DNA of 64,000 nt from Phyllobates terribilis (taxonomy: Eukaryota): positions 185,628,001 through 185,692,000 of the forward strand of contig NW_027362768.1 in assembly GCF_046119375.1 (NCBI RefSeq). Reading direction: 5' to 3'. The notes under the pieces were generated by a model, which searched no databases, was not told the origin of the DNA, and saw only the letters and a program-made list of their open reading frames with translations. A program made the translations under genes and the position numbers. Of the stretch, positions 1-12,780 are shown in pieces (positions within the stretch are counted from its first letter, which is position 1; every line of letters begins with the position of its first letter).

Positions 1-3000
1 CCTTTAAGGGGTTTATTCTCCAACCCATATTGATACAGTGTACTAGCCTGTTTTATCCATATACAATGTTACAGGTAAGGAGCCTATAAATCCTGCATAT
101 CCTGATATAGACATAGCCAAAACAACTAAAAATAAAAAAATATCATTAAAATGGGGGGGAAAAAAAGAAACATTTCCACAAATTGTATAATAAAAGTGAA
201 AGCGATAATCTGGAGACCTGTCCTCCTCGTACTCGGGTGTCCGCTGCGTTCTGCGGAGAGCTGCTTTATGTGAGCCATCTACATGTGTATATCCTCAGCT
301 GCCCCCCATTATATAACGTATTATATATACGACGCTGCGCGAGCGGCACAAAGCTGATGACTCAGAGCGAACACCCAGAAAAACATCACAGACATACAAT
401 GCATACTATAATATAGAGGAGAAATGATCAGAGCGGAGGCTGGAAGATCCGGCACCGCCTCTCTGCTGCACACCTCACCAGTAACCCACGATTGCAACTT
501 GATTGGTCACACATTCGTTGCACCAAAATTGGAAACTCCTACATCACGGCAGACTGCATCATTAATGGTCCAGAATTAGAAAAAAAACATGGCTACTTTA
601 GTCTGAAAACAGCACCCCCACCTGTCTTCAGGTTGTGTGCGGTACTGCAGGTCATATCCATTCATTTCATGGGAACTGAGCTAACAAAACCAGACACATT
701 AATGGGCTGAGTGCTGCTGTTTTTGGAAGAAAGTGGGCATGTTTTTCTTATCCATTGCAAACCCTTTAATGGGGTTATCTAATTTAATTTAAAAAAAAAA
801 AAAAATGTGATTCTGGACAAAACAGGTTAAAAATCAGAGCGACTACAAGCAGCTTCTCTTACTGGAAGACCCGGTATGTTCGCTCATTACACAGGCAGCC
901 CATTGATTTCTATAACCACCTTGCAATTCCTTATTTTCCCTGCGGAGGCGCTGTGGGGGAATTGCACCCCTGCTGCTGGGGTTCCCTGCTGATTACAACT
1001 GATAACTGAGGGGCACAGTTACTCCGTGATCTGCCTGTTCTACATAAAGTGGAGAACTCCTTTAAGACGCCCCTTTAGTAGAATTAAAAGGGGCGCTGAT
1101 GTAACTTAGAGCAGGACGGTCCCGTTCTTCTGTGACGGCCGGGAGTCTGCAGCTTTGTAACTGATAAGCTACAAATAAAGCAAAGAAGATAAGCAGCGAT
1201 CATGAAGTTGCGATGCCGCTTATCTCTTTTGGTAACAGGAGTCGATCTAATCATCAGCGATATATATCAAACTAAGACAAAGCCAGAAGTGATGTGATAT
1301 AATGTGTACGGTCGCCTGTGCGGTCTGTGCATCGGTCATGGATACACAGGTAACAGATCCTCGGAATATCAGTGCGCGGAACAAAGGGAGGTGTCACCCG
1401 ACACATGTAACTAAAACATATCGATCCTCGGCCTCCACACCGATAAAGAGAAATGACCACACAAGAAGAAAAGTATCCGCAGCAATTATCCTCACGCTCT
1501 ATGGCTCTGGCAGTGGGGAATGGTCTCTCCCAGGTTTTATAAGCAGCACAGAAGCTCTTTTTTATCATCTGGAGATGCAAAATTCTTTGCAAATAGATTA
1601 TTCAATATATCTTTATAACTGTCACAGCTCCATATCCTCTGCATGGGCAAAAAATGTATCTCATTCTGCCTACCTGCAGCCACCACTAGAGGGAGCTCAG
1701 GAGCACACTGCATACAGAGGTATTATTGAGCTCAGTGTATGATCAGTATACATAGCGGCCACTGCAGACTGTCAGCATGATGTGCTCAGGTTGGATGGCG
1801 GAGCACGGAGCTGACGACCATCGTATTGAAGGGGGCAGATTCAGCTGACATTAGGCCGTACCCCCCCTGACCTCCGGGGTACACCACAACACTGCCAGGG
1901 GAACAGCGGTGTCACCCCCCCCCCCACATAACTATTTCCCACTGTTAACGCGATCCCGGCACGGCCACATCCAGTGAGGAGTACCGCACCTCGTCCATTA
2001 CCACCAGTGTGACCCTGAATGACCATCGGCCAGGACAGAAGCAGAGTTATATTAGGAGGTGTATTGTTGAACTATGGTTTCGAGGTTTGGGCTGTAAAAT
2101 ATTAAACGGACCCTGAAAAAGACGGAGAATTCTCAAAATTTTCACAAAAAAATGAATATGGAAATGAATTGGTCTCCGTCTGAATAAAGCAAATGACATA
2201 ATCGGAATATCCTGCAGCGTGACCCGGACCTGCTCTCCATCTGATACACGTGCAAACTTTCATTTATTCATTAGCGGCGGCACAAGACCGCGTTACACCG
2301 CCGATCAGTGTCCACAAGATACTTGAGAGTGACCGCCGCGAGTCCGAATCCGAGACTAGAATAACCCTCCCAAAAAGAAATGGGAGACGCCAAGGACGCC
2401 CTGTGCGCCGCGACGCTCCAGAATACAACACTCCTGGAATCCGAGACTTCTACCAATGCCGCGAAAATCAGGGACCTTTACTAACCTGTGCTGGACGCTG
2501 TTATGAGACACCCCGCTCCTAATCTGCTTTGCTGCTATGTTCACACGTTGCATATTTGGCGCCGATAATACGGTACCAGCAAAGTGAATGCGTTTTAGCG
2601 AAATCTCATCCGCGTTCTGCATCTTTTTTTTCAAATGGAAAAGTTGTTTTGTTGCTTATTTGTTTTAAATCCACAGACTGTCAATTCTTTGTGCAGAATC
2701 ACTGTGGATTCTGCATCAAATCTGCAACGAAAACTGCAGCAAAATCCATCTATAATAAGTGTGGATTCTACTGTAGAATCTGCACAGGATGTTTTTTAAT
2801 CCGATGGCGGAACCATCGGCGTTTTCTATCAAAGTCGCTTCAGGAAAAAGTTGACATCTTTTTTCCTGAAGTGGTTTTTTTCGGGGTGGTTTTCATGGCG
2901 GCCGAGACGCCTATGGTTTTTTTTTTTCAGTAACCTCTATAGAGAGCGGGCAGATTCCAAAAAAAGCTGCCCGACGAATGAGCATGTCACTTCTAGGTTT

Positions 3001-4450
3001 CCAAAACTTTGGAAAAACGTTCAGGAAATGACCAAGAGAAAAAACAAAAAACTCCATAGTTTCCCAAATTCTTCTGCTTGAAAAACTCGTTTAAAAGACT
3101 CTGTGTGCACACAACCGTCGAGAAGAACCTCAAAGTTTTTGAGGAGGATTTGGAGACTTTCTGTGTGCACATACACTTAGAAAAAAATGGAAATTGTGCC
3201 CAGTCTGCAGGAAAGGGTAGATATCACGGAGCGCCATGGTGTCGTGCTTTATGCTGTTGAGTAGCACGCAATCTGGAAATCTGGTGTGGATTTATCCACA
3301 CTGAGTTTACTTCTTTTCTGCAGCAAAATCTGCACACCAGGCTGATTTTGCAGTGGATTTGGTGCAGATTTCCAAGCAGAAAATATCTGCAATGTGCAGA
3401 TGAGATCTTTTCAAATCTCACTACTCAGTGGGTGGTGTAATACAACTGAGGCCAAATATGCAACTTGCCATCTTATCCTAAAATGAAGACATGAAAAAAA
3501 CGACACCTATTTCACTTTGTAAATTTGACCTAAACTTCGTCTCTTCTGCCAACGCATGAACTAAAGACGCAAATTTTATTGCTAAGATATCACAAGTCAT
3601 CAATTACATCAGAACCCCGGAGCACATTCATCCATATTGTATAGAAAAAAACTAAAAGAAATATCTGTAAAGTGCATACAGACAGAAAAATATAATAAAA
3701 TCTTCATTGCTAAAGCAAAAAATAATTGAAGGGATAGAATTGTAATAGGATTTCAGACCCCAGGAGTTTGCTGGATCCGGTCCGAGCTGCAGCTGCTCCC
3801 ATTTATTTCAATGGATCCATGCTGCAGTTCCCGACACACGATGCCTGGGGGCGCCGCTGTGCATTAAAAACGGGAAGTCATCGCTGCAGCCCCTTATTCT
3901 TAAGGACTGTGAGACCCCCACAAATCATATCTTAGTAATATAACAATAGTGAGAATAATTCTTTTGCACCTTACAATAAATCCTGTGCTGAAACTCACTG
4001 GGGTTTTTTTGAGTAATTTTTGAAGCAGAACAGAAACTTAGCAGAAAATCTCCAAATAAATCTCACATACTTGGAGGTTCAGCTCCAAAAACTCAGCAAA
4101 AAGACTCAGTGTGCACATAGCCTAGATGTCCAGGGGAGTAGTACTAATGAGAAGCAGCAGGGAGTATATGTAGGGCAAATGCTTAAATAGCAATTACCTA
4201 CTATAGTATCGCTATTTAATTAAATCCATTGCCATTGACGCCCATGTAAGTGGTCTGCGGTAACCTGTGGCTCTCCAGCTGCTGGGAGTTGTAGTTTTTA
4301 AAATCCGCAGGTTGGAGCTCAGTCGTCTATAGGTTCATTTATCGCACTCCGATCCCATCTATATTATCAGGATTACCGGATCTCTCCCATTTCACTATCA
4401 GGGAATTGTTATTTAAGCAATTTCCTAATACACTCTGCAAAGTAGTGTAA

Positions 4451-4547
4451 GGCTATGTTCACAGTAGGCGTTTTTTTTGTGAGAGGGTTTTCTGCAGCAA
4501 AACCTGATCTCTTGGCAGGAAAGAAGTTGCATAGTGTGAACATACCC
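4451..4547. mobile_element. Short PIF/Harbinger-like MITE
   Basis: GGCTATGTTCACA...TGTGAACATACCC inverted termini flanked by TAA on both sides. Confidence 0.55.
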
Positions 4548-5109
4548 TAAGGTTAGCTAACATAGCCTTAAAGTGAACGTACGTCTTTAAATAACCTGAT
4601 TCATCGGTGAATTTTTTTTTTTCTTCGCACCTTTCCGCTTTAAACCCCCCAAAAATGGGACTAGCAAAAAAACCTAAAGCAAAAACGTAAGATTTCTAAC
4701 CAAAAATGTACATGTAACAGTAACAGATTTACACGGCACAAACAGGGACCAAAGCGGCCAAAGGGCCATTGTTTAAAGGGACAGACGCAGTTAAAGGCGC
4801 AGTGCATAGGATCCAATTAGTGCTGTCGCTTTAACCGCAGTCCCGGAGATCAGCATGAACTTTGCAGACACAGGTTACTTTCATCATATTACAAATAGTT
4901 ACAGACTTTCTTATTAACCGCAGCATGTACTAGTCTCCAGTAGGGCATGCTGGATATTGCAGTTCTTCTGAGCTGCGCACGAGATTATTAGTGACCTTGG
5001 AATAATTGCAGTGAAATAGTTAAATTGCGTGCACTGATGATAGCGGTTTGCAGGAGGAGAAGCCCCATTTTGGGCACAGATATGGGGTAAGTTTGGGGTC
5101 CTCACTTAC

Positions 5110-5129
5110 CCGGGATAGGGGTGACTCAT
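5110..5129 (-). CDS. erich3: Probable first coding exon of ERICH3 (MSHPYP-G, phase-2 donor); exon 2 not found in window
   Basis: ATG AGT CAC CCC TAT CCC GG followed by a consensus donor GTAAGT; resembles my recollection of the human ERICH3 start MSHSHPAG; position and strand match ERICH3-CRYZ-TYW3 synteny. Only 20 coding nt. Confidence 0.55.
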
Positions 5130-5200
5130 GGTGCAGAACGGTGCAGCAGAGCGGTGCAGCCCCGTCCAGCTCCTTCCCTCGCTCTGGACGGATGGCACCC

Positions 5201-5212
5201 TGGTTGCTAGGC
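5201..5212 (-). promoter_or_regulatory. RFX (X-box half-site) motif upstream of the putative erich3 ATG
   Basis: TGGTTGCTAGGC = GCCTAGCAACCA on minus, about 75 bp 5' of the ATG, in CpG-rich sequence. Confidence 0.45.
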
Positions 5213-5650
5213 TGAGACACATCATGATGCTTTTGCACAAGGTGGGCAGGAGATTGCACAACCAATCCTGGTGTAACCCGTCCTCTCCCTCCATTCATTG
5301 TGGCTGCATCCAATGAGCAGCCATGATGGCAGCCTCTGGGCTGAGCCGCCGTGTCATTATCTGTTCCCTAGGAGCCGTGTAGTCACACAACAATGGGCTA
5401 TTTACAACCTGCAACAAGATCTCGCCCGGATATCAGCAGCCGACGCGTTACGCACCGAGGACGGAGCCGCACGCAGCGAAAACCAGGAGCAAATCCCAAA
5501 AAAGGGAGAAACGACCCACTTCCCTTCATACGTTTCCTTCTTTTTGGATCTACTTCTCACATTCATTAACAAAACTGCACCAAAATCTGCTCCTGTGCCT
5601 CCAGCGCTCACAGCTCTGCCGCGGTACCGCGCTCACATCTCACCCCCGTC

Positions 5651-5832
5651 AGCCCACGTTCACACCTTCAGTATTCGGTCAGTATTTGGAAGCCAAAATC
5701 AGGAGTGGGTGATAAATGCAGACGTGGTGACGAGTTTCTATTATACTTTTCCTCTGATTGTTTCACTCCTGATTTTGTCTTATAAATACTGATGTAAAAT
5801 ACTGACCAAATACTGAACGTGTGAACGTGGCT
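5651..5832. mobile_element. Palindromic MITE
   Basis: CCACGTTCACAC...GTGTGAACGTGG termini, internal inverted arms (CAGTATTCGGTCAGTATT / AATACTGACCAAATACTG). Confidence 0.55.
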
Positions 5833-6030
5833 TTACTCCGGGTCTATAGGAGCTTGCAATTCAATTGTGGCTATATGGTGATGATATGGTGGTCATCTGC
5901 GCATTATTAGAGAAATAATTAAAAAGTTGTTTTGTTAAATGTTCATCTTATTTTCACAAAAAAACATAGAAAGTTTTCCATTCTTGTTAATTATCTTTAT
6001 TTAATTCAACAAGGATTAGAAAATACAGTA

Positions 6031-7598
6031 CAGTATATGGAGAAAAGTCCTGACCCGCACGTCCTAATTACTGAATCGGATTTCTCAGTTTATATCTTCC
6101 GGTCCCATTACCACCGAGGTAAAACATCCAGCCCCTCCATCACCCCTGGTGAATAACATCCGCCCCTCCATCACCCCTGGTGAATAACATCCGCCCCTCC
6201 ATCACCCCTGGTGAATAACATCAGGCCCCTCCATCACCCCTGGTGAATAAAATCCGTCCCTCCATCACCCCTGGAGAATAACATCCGGCCCCTCCATCAC
6301 CCCTGGTGAATAACATCAGGCCCCTCCATCACCCCTGGTGAACAACATCCGCCCCTCCATCACCCCTGGTGAATAACATCCGCCCCTCCATCACCCCTGG
6401 TGAACAACATCAGGCCCCTCCATCACCCCTGGTGAATAAAAATCCGTCCCTCCATCACCCCTGGAGAATAACATCCGGCCCCTCCATCACCCCTGGTGAA
6501 TAACATCATGCCCCTCCATTGCCCCCAGTGTATAACATCCGGCCCCCCACCCCTGGAGTACAATATCTAGACCCCCCATCCCAGTGTATAACCTCCAGCC
6601 CTCGCCGTGCCGTCTGCCTTTACTGCTATGTGACAGAGCGGCCGGTGGTGCAGAGCTCCCTGATACCAGCGCTGTCCTGTAATAGGAGCCACCAGGGTAA
6701 CAAGTCCGTCCATAATGTTTCTTCCTCCCGGACCTTCCCCATCACCTGTGAGTGATATAGAGAAGTGGAAGGAACTGCAGCCACGAAGTGGAGACCCCGT
6801 AATGTTACAGAGCGGGGGGGTGAGTGCTGAGGAGCAGAGAGCAGAAAAGTCACCACCGCTCTGCTGACCCCATAACTGCAGAGTCCAGACCTCCTCTGGT
6901 ATCAGCACAAACACTGCGCCCCCGCCGGCTTCATGACTGAGCAGCTGCATGCAGCCGTACATCACCAAGCACAATGCCGAGCGTCGGATGGAGTGGTGTA
7001 AAGCCGCCACCACTGGACTCTGGAGGAGACGTGTCCTGTGCAGTGATGGATCACACTTCTCTATCTGCGTCTGATGGAGGAGTCGGGGTTTGGTGATTCC
7101 AGGAGGACGTTACCCCCTGACTGCATTGTGCTGCTGTACAGATGGTGGAGGAGGATAATGCTGTGGGCCGTTATCAGGGGGCGGCCGCGGACCCTCAGCT
7201 CCAGTGATGGGAAAACTTCATCTTCAGCACAATACATTGTGGATAATTGTAGCTTCAGATTTGTGGGAACAGTTTGGGGAAGACCCTTATCTGTCCCCCA
7301 TGACTGAGCCCAGTGCACAAGGTCCATACAGACATGGGGGGACCATGAGGCCGCACAGAGCCCGGACCCCAGCCCCATTCTATAATGGAGATTGTGAGCC
7401 CGGACCTCCGCCCCATCCAGCACCACGGGGATGAATTAGCACACAGACGGCCCCAACATCCTCCAAAATCCTTCCCAGAAGAGCCGTTATATCTGCAGAC
7501 GGGCAAATCCTTATTAATGTCTATGGATGTAGGATGGGAGGTCAGGAAAGATCTTGGAGGGGGATGGGGAGGGGGCACATACTTTTCTCCATATAGTG
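6031..7598 (+). mobile_element. Decayed Tc1-type element with TIRs
   Basis: TA|CAGTATATGGAGAAAAGT ... ACTTTTCTCCATATAGTG|TA; degenerate transposase remnants (HWTLEE..VLCSDGSHFSI-like) near 7010-7400. Confidence 0.7.
6122..6545. repeat. 31-32 bp minisatellite inside the Tc1 relic
   Basis: Unit CCCTCCATCACCCCTGGTGAATAACATCCGC, about 13 copies. Confidence 0.9.
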
Positions 7599-7697
7599 TA
7601 TACAGTATGCAGTGACTGATCCCCCCATACGCTCAGTCTGTTTTCAGGAATCATTAGTGATCAGGTTTTCAGATCAGAGATGAATAATCTCAGTCAA

Positions 7698-7859
7698 TCA
7701 GAGCACAAAGACCATCTTGCCGGTGGCTCCGCTGCTCTGGATGATGTCCTCGTGGGCCTGAACCGCTTTTTCCAGCAGATACTCAGGACCAATCAACGGC
7801 CTCAGCCATCCGCTCTCCATTCCCCCAAGGAGCGCAGCTCCGGCCTCCTTCCATTCATC
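7698..7859 (-). pseudogene. cryz: cryz-B last exon [53 protein letters not shown]
   Basis: TTTTAG acceptor, 162 nt, ends TGA. Confidence 0.9.
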
Positions 7860-8906
7860 CTAAAAACAAATACGATTTTTATTGTTAATACACTGAGGGT
7901 CCAATTCATCATGACCGACCTGATGATGAGGGGGCCACGCTGGAGTCAGACGCTACTGAATCATGAAGTGGTGCGCGCCTCTGAAGGGGTCAGGGACTGG
8001 AGTGAGATTTCTGGTGTAAGGAACATCACAGCTGTGGTCTCCCACCCCTGGCGTGCCCCCGTCCCACCCCCAGCTCTGTTCATTTTAGTGGAGCTTGGGA
8101 AAATGTCATGAAGACGCCAAGACAGAGTCACAACATTTTGAAGCAACTACAAGTTGCACCTAAATTTTGTGACTTTTAAAAGTTTTCACTCCAGATTTCT
8201 TGCGTGAAAGCTTTGATGACTCCGGCCCTGAATGGTTTCCAACGTAACAGGAATCAATCTTCAAAAAATGAACTACTCTTTAAATCAGGGTTTGTGATAA
8301 ATGTATTTTTTTTTAAGTTTGACAAAGTTTTTTTTTTTTTTTATTTCCATGTCACAATCTATATAAAAAATGAAAAAAGAAATCTCACAATTTTCACACT
8401 GGTCAATAGGGCTTAGGAGGAAGTGCGAATCTAAAAAAGCCCAAGTGGACAGTGTGAAACTGAGATTTTTTTAAATAAAGATCATAATATGAAGAAGAAA
8501 AACAAATAAACAGTTCCAAATATATATATATATATACAGTACAGACCAAAAGTTTGGACACCTTCTCATTTAAAGATTTTTCTGTATTTTCCTATGAAAA
8601 TTGTACATTCACACTGAAGGCATCAAAACTATGAATTACCACATGTGGAATTATATACTTAACAAAAAAGTGTGAAACAACTGAAAATATGTCTTATATT
8701 CTAGGTTCTTCACAGTAGCCACCTTTTGCTTTGATGACTGCTTTGCACACTCTTGGCATTCTCTTGATGAGCTTCAAGAGGTAGTCACCGGAAATGGTTT
8801 TCACTTCACAGGTGTGCCCTGTCAGGTTTAATAAGTGGGATTTCTTGCCTTATAAATGGGGTTGGGACCATCAGTTGTGTTGTGCAGAAGTCTGGTGGAT
8901 ATCATA

Positions 8907-10136
8907 TGACTCACCCCCAGGGCCGTGGGGTACTCGGCAGCCGGGCCTTTGGTTGCGGGGGGTTATCACGGTGGCTGGCCCGGTCCGTAGCCCAGGGCGG
9001 TCACTCAAAAGAGGGATTATTTGTAGAGATTCGTCGTGACGCCACCTGTGGTGTCTGGTGAGGATCACCAGCGCTGCAACAGTCCTCTGAGGCTGGTGTT
9101 AGGGCAGCTTGAGATGGAACGGCTCCCCACAGGTGGAGCGGGCCTCAGGGCAGTGTAGATGAATGGAGGTGCGCTGGGCATTGTAGTACAGGGAGGAAAA
9201 TGGCACCGGCGAAAGAAAGGGACGGAGGCAGTGCAGTGCAGTCATCCAAGATTTACTCACAGTTCTTAGACAGTCCACAGGTGCACAGTACTGGTGCAAG
9301 CCTCCCGCGTCGCACTGCATTCACCGGGCAGGGGTTCAGTCCTTCCTCAGGCAGCTCGGGTGCACCTGGCAGAACCCCACTTTCTTATGTGCCTTTCTAG
9401 ACCGACGTCACGCTGGGTCTTACTCCCTCCTGCCCTGCGCTTCCCACTGTGAATCCTGTTCGGGTGCTGCGAGGTCCCCCCTGTCCGTCGGAGTTACACA
9501 GACTTGCTTGACCTTACTTGGATTGAAGTGGGAGTTTGGCTCCTGGCTATAGAAGTCAGAAGCCTCCGGTTTTTCCAGCCGAGGCTTGAAGCTGCGCGAC
9601 TGGGCCAAGGGCCGGTCCCCTTCTTGTGGCCTAGATCCTCCTGACACTTGGCAGGATCGGGGTGTACGGGTGCCACCTGCACTCGCCGTACTCCCCTAGG
9701 ATCCCTTCTGTAGAACGGAGCCTACTCCCTGCTCCCCTCCTGGGCCTCAGTCCTGGGCCCTTGTAGTGGAGCAGAGCTCCTACAGAGACTCTGCTCCCAG
9801 ACTGTTTCTCTGAACAACACTTCTACTCACTCCCCAACTGTTAAGATGTCGACCTTTTATATCTTTACTGTATGAGTGCTCCCCTAAACTACTTCCTCCA
9901 CCCACACCCACTACTGGTTCCCCCTGCCTTTGGATTCCCCCCACCCCAGCCAGGGACAGGGCTCACCAGAAAACTACATTGCGTCTTGACCCTCCTGCTG
10001 GCCTGGGGTAGTGTAGTGTTGGATGTAGGTGTTGGGGTTCCGTGCAGCACTCCCTCCTTACCTGAGAGAAGGGGATACCACACCTCTGGGAGAGGTTCAG
10101 TACCTCTGTGGCGACCGAACCCTCAGGGGCGCCACA
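8907..10136 (-). mobile_element. Solo LTR (Ty3/Gypsy-like), minus orientation
   Basis: TG...CA termini; ends match the LTR at 10557-11777; absent from the sister Tc1 copy at about 62785; GATA on the right, GATA plus 5 extra nt on the left. Confidence 0.75.
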
Positions 10137-10183
10137 GATACACAGTTGATAGTACTACTGAATAGACTGTTAGAATTTGTATT

Positions 10184-10556
10184 ATGGCAAGAAAAAAGCA
10201 GCTAAGTAAAGAAAAACGAGTGGCCATCATTACTTTAAGAAATGAAGGTCAGTCAGTCCAAAAAATTTGGAAAACTTTGAAAGTGTCCCCAAGTGCAGTT
10301 GCAAAAAACATCAAGCACTACAAAGAAACTGGCTCACATGAGGACCGCCCCAGGAAAGGAAGACCAAGAGTCACCTCTGCTTCTGAGGATAAGTTTATCC
10401 GAGTCACAAGCCTCAGAAATCGCAGGTTAACAGCAGCTCAGATTAGAGTCCAGGTCAATGCCACACAGAGTTCTAGCAGCAGACACATCTCTACAACAAC
10501 TGTTAAGAGGAGACTTTGTGCAGCAGGCCTTCGTGGTAAAATAGCTGCTAGGAAAC
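10184..10556 (+). pseudogene. DD38E transposase N-terminal half (paired-like HTH, GRPR)
   Basis: MARKKQLSKEKR...KGRPRVTS...KIAARK, cut by an LTR insertion. Confidence 0.9.
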
Positions 10557-11777
10557 TGTGGCGCCCCTGAGGGTTCAGTCGGCACAGAGGTACTGCATCT
10601 CACCCAGAGGTGTGGTATCTCACTCTCAGGTAAGGAAGGAGTACAGCTCGGGATCCTAACACCTGCATCCAACACATACCCGCAGTGGGGGTAGGGCGAG
10701 ATTGCTCCTAAGGGAGAGCACAGTCCCGGGTCTCTAGCTGTTGGGAGGAGCTATGTAGTGGGTGTGGGTGGAGAAAGTAGCTTAGGGGAGCACATGAGAG
10801 GAAGGTATATATAGAGAAGCCATCTTGTTGAGTGAGTCCAGATCAGAACAAGTGAGCAGTGAGTGAAAACAATCTACAGTGAGAGGAGTGGAGCAGGGCT
10901 CTGCAGGAGCTCTGCTCAGGCAGAGGGCCTGAGGAGAGGCCCAGGACTGAAGGAGAAGGAGAGAGGAGCAGGAAGGGCTCCAGGAACGAAGGAAGGGACC
11001 CCAGGGGTACGGGCAGTGCTGGAGGCCACCCATACGCCCAAATCTACCGGGAGGTGAAGGGGTCAGGCCACACAAAGGGGACCGTTCCCTCAACTAGAAG
11101 AGAACTTTATGTCTCAACTAGAAACCAGAGGCTGCAGTATTTCAAGTCCTGCAGCCAACAGTCCATATCAGTCTCACCAAGAAGGTAGCTATAGAGGACC
11201 CAGCAGACGGAACAGACGTCGCCCGACAAGGCCCGCAGGTACCGGATTAGGACACTTAGTATGAGGTGCAGGGAGACGGCCAGAGAAAGGACACAGAAGG
11301 GGGTCCTGCTAAGCATTCCGGAGATATCTGAGGGTTGCCCGAACCCCTCCCGGAGTAAGCGCAGCACGATGAGGAAAGTTACGCTGGTACCTGTAACTTG
11401 GACTGCAACAACCGTGAATAAAAACCCTGAGGAATGCACCCCACTGTCTCTGTGATTATTGCTGCGCCATCAAACCCTGCACTACAACGCCCAGCGCAAC
11501 CTATCCCATCTACACTGTCGTGGAGCTAAGCTCTACCTGTGGACAGACACACCATCCCTGCTGCAGTAACATCAGCTCCAGAGGACTGCTCCGCAGCGGA
11601 GGCTCCACTTAGACGCATACCACAGGTGGCGTCATGAACTTTGTACATAAATCCCCTGTAAATATTCCCCTGTTGAATGACCGCCCCGGGTCACGGACTG
11701 GGTCACCGCCACTGTGACATATCCCCTATTAACGACCGGCCCCGCCCCGGGTACCCCATGGCCGAGGGGGCGCGTCA
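10557..11777 (+). mobile_element. Solo LTR (Ty3/Gypsy-like), 1221 bp
   Basis: TGTGGCGCC...GCGCGTCA with perfect 4-bp TSD AAAC (10553-10556 / 11778-11781); TATA-like near 10805, AATAAA near 11417. Confidence 0.85.
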
Positions 11778-11781
11778 AAAC

Positions 11782-12461
11782 CACTGCTAAGGACAGGCAA
11801 CAATCAGAAGAGACTTGTTTGGGCTAAAGAACACAAGGAATGGACATTAAACCAGTGGAAATCTGTGCTTTGGTCTGATGAGTCCAAATTTGAGATCTTT
11901 GGTTCCAACCACCGTGTCTTTGTGCGATGCAGAAAAGGTGAACGGATGGACTCTACATGCCTGGTTCCCACCGTGAAGCATGGAGGAGGAGGTGTGATGG
12001 TGTGGGGGGGCTTTGCTCGTGACACTGTTGGGGATTTATTCAAAATTGAAGGCATACTGAACCAGCATGGCTACCACAGCATCTTGCAGCGGCATGCTAT
12101 TCCATCCGGTTTGCGTTTAGTTGGACCATCATTTATTTTTCAACAGGACAATGACCCCAAACACACCTCCAGGCTGTGTAAGGGCTATTTGACCAAGTGG
12201 GAGAGTGATGGGGTGCTACGCCAGATGACCTGGCCTCCACAGTCACCAGACCTGAACCCAATCGAGATGGTTTGGGGTGAGCTGGACCGCAGAGTGAAGG
12301 CAAAAGGGCCAACAAGGGCTAAGCATCTCTGGGAACTCCTTCAAGATTGTTGGAAGACCATTTCCGGTGACTACCTCTTGAAGCTCATCAAGAGAATGCC
12401 AAGAGTGTGCAAAGCAGTCATCAAAGCAAAAGGTGGCTACTGTGAAGAACCTAGAATATAA
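11782..12461 (+). pseudogene. DD38E transposase catalytic half
   Basis: WSDE, QQDNDPKH and SPDLNPIE motifs; in frame with the N-terminal half after LTR removal. Confidence 0.9.
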
Positions 12462-12684
12462 GACATATTTTCAGTTGTTTCACACTTTTTTGTTAAGTAT
12501 ATAATTCCACATGTGGTAATTCATAGTTTTGATGCCTTCAGTGTGAATGTACAATTTTCATAGTCATGAAAATACAGAAAAATCTTTAAATGAGAAGGTG
12601 TGTCCAAACTTCTGGCCTGTACTGTATATATATATATGTCACCCGACATTTCATACAACATTCTGTATCGCTCCAGGTTGTCAC

Positions 12685-12780
12685 CTTAGAGGAGATGTAA
12701 AGTCCAACCCCGGTGATACTGGACGCCTTCATCATTGTGTCTCTGGGGTTTATCTCGATGGGACCTCGGGACCCAACTAT
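12685..12780 (-). pseudogene. cryz: cryz-B exon [32 protein letters not shown]
   Basis: 96 nt, AG/GT boundaries, homologous to 39573-39668. Confidence 0.9.

Larger units (their letters stand above)
8537..12624 (+). mobile_element. Tc1-superfamily DD38E (Intruder-type) transposon with two nested solo LTRs
   Basis: TA|CAGTACAGACCAAAAGTTTGGACAC start, mirror end ...CTGTACTG|TA; about 260-bp TIRs; about 1.6 kb once insertions are removed; 38 residues between QQD and PIE. Confidence 0.9.

Noticed and set aside
2520-3420. Large palindromic region as a structured ncRNA
   Set aside because: GCTATGTTCACAC start and GCGGATTT/AAATCCGC-type internal arms match the MITE families seen elsewhere in the window; ends could not be fixed
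1-5100. Further erich3 exons or another gene
   Set aside because: No LLAAYNSL/FNNTRIRRHL-like exon found on minus; the short ORFs are AT-rich, MITE-derived sequence
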